Shown one piece after another: positions 56,142 through 64,000 of a stretch of DNA of 64,000 nucleotides. A program made the translations under genes and the position numbers. Position 1 is the first letter of the stretch; the number at the start of each line of letters is the position of its first letter. The DNA is from Escherichia phage vB_EcoM_VR26, in the sequence record NC_028957.1. One strand, 5' to 3'. The notes below the pieces were generated by a model. That model had not been told where the DNA came from, made no database searches, and was given only the letters and a program-made list of their open reading frames with translations.

Positions 56142-58310
56142 ATGATTAATAAACTCAGTCTCAAAGAACTGCCGTATAGCATCGGTATTCCAGACGAAGG
56201 TCAACAGAGAATTCGTTGGATACAAAACGGTGATTGTATGACTGCGGCCAGTACCAAATATGGTCATGATGGTAATTTGAACGCCGCCGCGGTTGGCGTT
56301 CAAACAAACGTAGATACACTCGACGACAACTCAAATACATCTAAAGAAAAAATCAATGAAATTATTGATAACGTCAATAATATCCAGGAAGCTTTGGATA
56401 TAACAACTAACACGGAAGTTGTTAAGCAAATTGAAAAAAACCGTACGGATATTCTTGACCTGGACGAACGTCAATTTAATACCGAATTGCTGTCAAGCGA
56501 AACATCAGAAGGTCTTAAAACGTTAAAGGAAGATGTTGGTGTTTATGACCCATTAACCGATTCATATTATCGCACTGTTCGTAATGACCTTGTATGGATT
56601 AAAAATGAATTAGGTCAGTATGTTGACCAAGATATAAATGGTCTACAGGTTATTGGTAATCCATCAAGAGGCATGAAACGTCGCATCATCGATAACAGTT
56701 CGGCTATTGTTGCTCATGGAGTTCGTATTAAGACTCTTGAGGATAATTACCATGATTCTGATGTTGGTTCTCTTAACGTAAAAGTAATTAAAATTCGCGA
56801 AGAATTGGGTGAGTCGACTTTAGCAGTAGGTAAACCAGCTGTATTTGTTCGACTGAATACTCTTGACGACAAAGTAGTCGAAATTGACAAAGATATTGCC
56901 AATATTCAAGAAGATATCGGTTTTGGCACCGGGCTTGCAATTACAACTCGCGTTGAAAATCTTGGTGGACGTGTTTCGGTCAATGAAACAGATATTGCGA
57001 ATATCAAACCAAGACTCACTAAGGTTGAAGCTGATATCGGCACCGCTCTGGAACCATTAACAATTAATGGTCGAATCAGTGCTTTGCGCTCGGATGTTAA
57101 TGGATTGCAGGCTGTTGTTGGTCAGGATTCAAGTTCAGGTTTGCGCGGAACCACTGCATGGCTTTCTCAGAGAATCGGTACAGAGCAATCTCCGGAGCCA
57201 AACACCATCACGTATAAGTTGAATGCAACCACTGCGCTGGCTAATGAAACTGTATCAGGTCTCCAGGATGTGCAGGCTGAAATTGGTACAAATAGCACTG
57301 GTATGAAAGGTTCTATTTTGACTTTAACTAGCCAGATGAACGGGACTAACCCTAACGGTGCTACTGTGGCTGAACGTGGTGTTCTTCCAGTCGTAATTAA
57401 CTTGGATATGTTGATGGCATCCAAGCTGAACGATGCACCGTTGGACAACAAGTTATACGGCCGCAAGCAAGGTGCCTGGTCTGAAATTATCGATTCCACA
57501 ACCGAAGTTGATGCAGTTAAAGCTTCATTGGTAACAACTGATGGACGCGTAACAACATTAACTGGTCGTGTCGATGATAATGATACAACAATCAGTTCGT
57601 TAGATACTCGTTATGGTGCATTGAACACTTCCGTTACGAATGTTAAGGCAGATGTTCTCGCTCTGCAAAATAAAGATACGGAACAAGATGGTCGAATTAC
57701 TGCATTAGAAACGAAGGATACGACTGTTGATGGTAAAATAACCGCATTGGAAACTAAAACATCTACGACCGATGATGATGTCACTGCTTTAGCTTTAGAC
57801 GTTAGCAATGTTGAAGGTGAGCTGGTTACCATTAAAGCAAATATCGAAACAAACAAAGGCGGTTTGGTAACCTTGACCGGTCGAATGACTTCGGCGGAAG
57901 GGGAAATCACTGCAATTAAACTCGATACTGCAAAAATTACACCGTTAACTGCTCGTGTTTCATCAAGTGAAAACGAAATCACTGCAATTAAACTCGATAC
58001 TGCAAAAATTGCGCCGCTAGACGAAAGAGTTACAACAGCTGAAGATGAAATCAATACGATTAAAATCGATACTGCAAAAATTGCACCGTTAACTACTCGT
58101 GTGACAACTCTTGAAGGTACAGTAACTCCGCTCCCTGGTCGCCTGGATGCAGCCGAGACGAAGATAACTACTTTAGAAGGTAAAGTATCAGCCTTAGAAA
58201 CGGAGCTCGCCAAAAGGCCTCCTGTCGCTCCTGTGGCTGATGGTCTCCCTTACGTGCTTGTTGATAATGCATGGGTTCTTTTGTCTACATTCGTGACTGT
58301 TGGACCATAA
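56142..58310 (+). CDS. wac: Fibritin (whisker) Wac, expanded coiled-coil form
   Basis: 722 aa; YRTVRNDLVWIKNELGQYVDQDINGL as in T4 fibritin; C-terminal foldon-like DGLPYVLVDNAWVLLSTFV. Confidence 0.9.
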   Translation: MINKLSLKELPYSIGIPDEGQQRIRWIQNGDCMTAASTKYGHDGNLNAAAVGVQTNVDTLDDNSNTSKEKINEIIDNVNNIQEALDITTNTEVVKQIEKNRTDILDLDERQFNTELLSSETSEGLKTLKEDVGVYDPLTDSYYRTVRNDLVWIKNELGQYVDQDINGLQVIGNPSRGMKRRIIDNSSAIVAHGVRIKTLEDNYHDSDVGSLNVKVIKIREELGESTLAVGKPAVFVRLNTLDDKVVEIDKDIANIQEDIGFGTGLAITTRVENLGGRVSVNETDIANIKPRLTKVEADIGTALEPLTINGRISALRSDVNGLQAVVGQDSSSGLRGTTAWLSQRIGTEQSPEPNTITYKLNATTALANETVSGLQDVQAEIGTNSTGMKGSILTLTSQMNGTNPNGATVAERGVLPVVINLDMLMASKLNDAPLDNKLYGRKQGAWSEIIDSTTEVDAVKASLVTTDGRVTTLTGRVDDNDTTISSLDTRYGALNTSVTNVKADVLALQNKDTEQDGRITALETKDTTVDGKITALETKTSTTDDDVTALALDVSNVEGELVTIKANIETNKGGLVTLTGRMTSAEGEITAIKLDTAKITPLTARVSSSENEITAIKLDTAKIAPLDERVTTAEDEINTIKIDTAKIAPLTTRVTTLEGTVTPLPGRLDAAETKITTLEGKVSALETELAKRPPVAPVADGLPYVLVDNAWVLLSTFVTVGP
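57903..58118 (+). repeat. Three tandem 72-nt (24-codon) repeats inside wac
   Basis: gaaatcactgcaattaaactcgatactgcaaaaatt... recurs at 57903, 57975, 58047 (EITAIKLDTAKI(T/A)PL...). Confidence 0.7.
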
Positions 58311-58313
58311 CAA

Positions 58314-58334
58314 AAGGGCTTCGGCCCTTTTTTC
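58314..58334 (+). terminator. Rho-independent terminator after wac
   Basis: AAGGGC-ttcg-GCCCTT followed by TTTT. Confidence 0.65.
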
Positions 58335-58335
58335 G

Positions 58336-58343
58336 TATAAATA
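58336..58343 (+). promoter_or_regulatory. Late promoter TATAAATA for gene 13
   Basis: Exact TATAAATA 18 nt upstream of ATG. Confidence 0.6.
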
Positions 58344-58361
58344 CAGTAAAGAGGAAAACAT

Positions 58362-59300
58362 ATGGCAACTGAATCATACAACCCGAAACAATTAAAAGAT
58401 GCAATCCTTCGTCGTCTTGGTGCTCCAATCACGAATATCGAAGTTACGACCGACCAAGTCTATGATTGCATCCAGCGTGCATTAGAATTATACGGTGAAT
58501 ATCATTATAATGGATATAACAAAGGTTATCAGGCTTTTTATATCGGTCATGATGAAGTTTCACAACAGAAATTCCGCGATGGTGTTTTCGATTTAAAAGG
58601 ACGTAATATTTTTGCAGTAACGCAGATTATTCGTACTAACGTCGGTTCATTAACTTCAATGGACGGACAAGCCACATATCCATGGTTTACAGATTTCGTT
58701 CTGGGCCTTGCCGGGATTAACGGTGGGATGGGTAGCTCGTGTAATAGCTTTGGTCCAAATGCTTTTGGTGCAGACCTTGGTTATTTTACACAGCTTATGC
58801 AATATCGTTCAATGATGCAAGACCTGATGGTTCCGCTTCCGGATTACTGGTATAACGATGATACCGAACAACTTAAAATTATGGGCAACTTCCGTCAGGG
58901 GGATGTGATTGTAATTGAAGTTTATACCAAATCGTATAACGGTGTGGATTCAATGGTTGGCAATACAGCTGGTTATGGTTTTGCCTCGGCTGATTGTGAT
59001 AATCCGTGGAATGCCGGTGCACAGTGGGATAACCCGGCGCGCAGAATAAGCGGTATGAGAGCTGGTGAGGACCTTGGACTTCAAGATGGTGCATACAACA
59101 ACCGTTGGGTGAAAGACTATGCCACGGCGCTTGTTAAGGAAGTTAACGGCAACGTATTGGCTAAACACCAAGGGATGATGATGCCAGGTGGAGTTACGGT
59201 CGATGGTGTTCGTTTAATCGAAGAAGCTCGTATGGAAAAAGAACGTCTCCGCGAAGAACTTGACCTGCTGGATGCACCGACTCCTATATTGGTGGGCTAA
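58362..59300 (+). CDS. 13: Neck protein gp13
   Basis: 312 aa; [39 protein letters not shown] matches T4 gp13. Confidence 0.95.
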   Translation: MATESYNPKQLKDAILRRLGAPITNIEVTTDQVYDCIQRALELYGEYHYNGYNKGYQAFYIGHDEVSQQKFRDGVFDLKGRNIFAVTQIIRTNVGSLTSMDGQATYPWFTDFVLGLAGINGGMGSSCNSFGPNAFGADLGYFTQLMQYRSMMQDLMVPLPDYWYNDDTEQLKIMGNFRQGDVIVIEVYTKSYNGVDSMVGNTAGYGFASADCDNPWNAGAQWDNPARRISGMRAGEDLGLQDGAYNNRWVKDYATALVKEVNGNVLAKHQGMMMPGGVTVDGVRLIEEARMEKERLREELDLLDAPTPILVG

Positions 59301-59935
59301 TGGCTACATATTATAGACTTTATGTGTCGACATTTGAAACATCTAATGGGGTAATGGTGTATGGCGGTAAACGTCATTCACCATATGAAGATTTTAAAGC
59401 AGATAGTTATTTTGGGTCGGGTACTATTGTTAAACGAGCTAAACAAAAATATGGAAGAAAATGTTTAGTCGATATTACCTGGTCTAAACCTTTTGAATCC
59501 CCTGCTCTATTAAAGGAAGCCGAGGCTTTACTAGTCAGTGAACTTTTAGAAAGTTTTGATAATTGTGCAAATTTACACCCAACAGGGGGAGGTGGCCCGG
59601 AAGGTTATAGTCGTCCAGAAGATTCCCCTGCTTTTGGTAAAAAGAGAACAGCAGAATCAAGAAAACGAATGTCGGAAGCCGCAAAACAAAGGGAATGGTC
59701 CGAAGAGGGATTAAAACGTCGTAAAGAGGCAACAGCTCGAATGTGGATTGATTTTAAGGACCGACATCCTGATTTTTCTGATGATAAAAATCCGGCCGCA
59801 CGTAAAATTATTACCGGCGACCTAGAATTTTGTACCGGAAGAAAATGTGCAGAATATTATTCGATAACTCCGGCTGCAGTCATTTACAGATGTAAAAGTA
59901 CAGCCGAAAAATGGAAATTATGGAATTATGCGTAA
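59300..59935 (+). CDS. GIY-YIG-like (Seg-like, possibly degenerate) homing endonuclease inserted between 13 and 14
   Basis: [22 protein letters not shown] and [18 protein letters not shown] align with the Seg-like ORF at 44426; NUMOD3-like [13 protein letters not shown]. Confidence 0.6.
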   Translation: MATYYRLYVSTFETSNGVMVYGGKRHSPYEDFKADSYFGSGTIVKRAKQKYGRKCLVDITWSKPFESPALLKEAEALLVSELLESFDNCANLHPTGGGGPEGYSRPEDSPAFGKKRTAESRKRMSEAAKQREWSEEGLKRRKEATARMWIDFKDRHPDFSDDKNPAARKIITGDLEFCTGRKCAEYYSITPAAVIYRCKSTAEKWKLWNYA

Positions 59936-60716
59936 TTCTTATGATGCAAGCTTATTCGCCCGACTTGAAGATGGAACCGGGTATGACAATACAAACTCGT
60001 CAGAGATACTCAACCAATATGTAAACTTTATGCATCATGAAAATACCCAGACTTTAGCCGATGTTATTGTTGCTGAAAGTATTCAGATGCGCGGAATGTC
60101 TCTCTATTACATCCCAAGACAATTCGTTAAACCAGATTTGTTATTCGGCGAAGACCTCCAGAGCAAATTTGATAAAGCATGGAAATTTGCTGGTTATCTG
60201 GATACATTCGATGCATATCAGGGTGATGGTTCCATCTTCAGTAAATTTGGTATGACTGTGAATGATGAAATCACAGTGTCGATTAACCCTAATCTGTTTA
60301 AACATCAATGTAATGGAACCGAACCTATTGCCGGGGATTTGATTTATTTCCCTCTCGATAACAGTCTGTTCGAAATAACCTGGGTACAGCCTTATGACCC
60401 ATTCTATCAGGTAGGTCAAAACGCCATCCGTAAAATCACCGCGAGCAAATACATTTACTCCGGAGAAGAGCTTAAACCTGAATTGCAACGAAATGAAGGT
60501 ATTAATATTCCAGAATTCAGTGAGCTCGATTTGCAACCAATCCACAATATCGATGGCCTTACAGATATCAGTGATATCCCTTATGCAGAATCTGATGAGA
60601 TTAACGCAGAAGCAGCTGAATATGTTAAACCATATTTTGTGCAGAATGGTCGTGGGATTGAGTCTCCTCCTAAGGCAAAACAGGATAGCTTTGACGACAG
60701 TTTCTTTGATGAATAA
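59928..60716 (+). CDS. 14: Neck protein gp14
   Basis: 262 aa; [26 protein letters not shown]...[24 protein letters not shown] matches T4 gp14. Confidence 0.9.
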   Translation: MRNSYDASLFARLEDGTGYDNTNSSEILNQYVNFMHHENTQTLADVIVAESIQMRGMSLYYIPRQFVKPDLLFGEDLQSKFDKAWKFAGYLDTFDAYQGDGSIFSKFGMTVNDEITVSINPNLFKHQCNGTEPIAGDLIYFPLDNSLFEITWVQPYDPFYQVGQNAIRKITASKYIYSGEELKPELQRNEGINIPEFSELDLQPIHNIDGLTDISDIPYAESDEINAEAAEYVKPYFVQNGRGIESPPKAKQDSFDDSFFDE

Positions 60717-60759
60717 ATACATTTATTAATGCGCCCGAACTGGGCGCCTGGAGGTTACT

Positions 60760-61631
60760 TTGTTTGGGCATTTTTATAATTCGTCTCTGCGTCGCTATAT
60801 CGTTTTAATGGGCGATTTATTTTCCCATGTACAAGTGGCCAGAACCAGAGAAGACACTGGACTTAAATATATTAAGGTCCCTATTTCTTATGCTTCAAAA
60901 GAAAAATTCATGATGCAGCTTGGAAAATGGACCGCTATTCAGAATACACCGACTCCTGACATGACACCGCAAGAACGTGCTGCTCAGAAGGCTAAAATCG
61001 AGACCGTACTGCCCCGTATGAACTTACATCTTGTTGACTTGATGTATAACGGGCAATATAAAACGGCTCTCCAGAATCACACACAGGCGCGATTTGCTAA
61101 TAACGACCCTCGCAAGCAGATATCTCAATATTCTCCTGTACCGGTCAAAATGATTTTTGAGCTTGGGATATATACAAGGCATCAAGATGATATGTTCCAG
61201 ATTATCGAACAAATCATGCCTTACTTCCAACCGCATTTTAATACAACTATCACTGAACTTTACACGAATGAAATTACATTCGAACGTGATATAAGAATCG
61301 TGCTTCAGTCCATTGCTATGGATGAGCAAATTGAAGGTGATGCAATGACTCGTCGTAGACTCGAATGGTCCATTATGTTCGAAGTCAACGGCTGGTTATA
61401 TCCACCGGTTAAAGAAGTGGCCGGAGAAATCCGTACTATCTATCTTGACTTCTTTGCAAATTCCAGAGAGCTTGCGCCGGAAGGTAATTTCGAATCTGTT
61501 GACTCGGAAGCCGTTCCGCGAGACGTTGACCAAGAAGACTGGCAAGGTGAATCCATTCAAACATATTCGCAGGATATTCCTGTACCGGTTGACCCGGTAC
61601 CCCCAGCACCGCGACAAAATAAGGTACCATT

Positions 61632-61635
<4 letters not shown>
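60760..61635 (+). CDS. 15: Tail sheath stabiliser / tail terminator gp15
   Basis: [22 protein letters not shown] matches T4 gp15; TTG start after SD GGAGG. Confidence 0.9.
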
Positions 61636-63942
<2,307 letters not shown>

Positions 63943-63971
63943 AAGTAAAGCAAACTATTAGAGGACTCAAA

Positions 63972-64000
63972 ATGGCTTTATTATCCCCGGGCATTGAGCT
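63972..64000 (+). CDS. 18: Tail sheath protein gp18, first codons only (continues beyond window)
   Basis: ATG 63972 after SD GAGGA and TATAAATA; MALLSPGIE matches T4 gp18 MTLLSPGIE. Confidence 0.8.

Noticed and set aside
57611-58213. Minus-strand 200-aa ORF inside wac
   Set aside because: Antisense to the fibritin coiled-coil repeats; Ser/Val-rich artefact.
60141-60722. Minus-strand 193-aa ORF inside gene 14
   Set aside because: Antisense to a well-supported gp14 reading frame.
60731-60748. Hairpin GCGCCC-gaact-GGGCGC after gene 14 as a terminator
   Set aside because: No U-run follows; it is immediately followed by the SD of gene 15, so it is more likely an mRNA structure or processing site.

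Overview
This window is a contiguous piece of a T4-like (Tevenvirinae-type) myovirus genome. Positions 1-41.2 kb carry early/middle genes on the minus strand: 46, 47, 55, 49, nrdC, tk, regB, denV, lysozyme e, nudE, two tRNAs, internal-protein (IP) genes, 57B, 57A, 1, 3, 2, 4. They are interleaved with many small hypothetical ORFs, three homing-endonuclease-type genes and a family of repeated early-promoter/stem-loop cassettes. Positions 41.2-64 kb carry the late structural module on the plus strand: 53, 5, 5.4, 6-12, wac, 13-17 and the start of 18, with TATAAATA late promoters and hairpin terminators, interrupted by two GIY-YIG seg-like genes. All identifications come from reading the translations and motifs and comparing them with T4 proteins from memory; no database search was run, and many start codons differ from the ORF track. 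The most likely home of undescribed biology is the accessory island between nudE and the tRNAs (about 26.5-35.3 kb), above all a tandem five-gene family at 29990-31258 that shares a 3' nucleotide repeat and a C-terminal W-x-S-S-x-C tail. A second candidate is the 9.9-13.6 kb cluster of four coiled-coil-tailed proteins.
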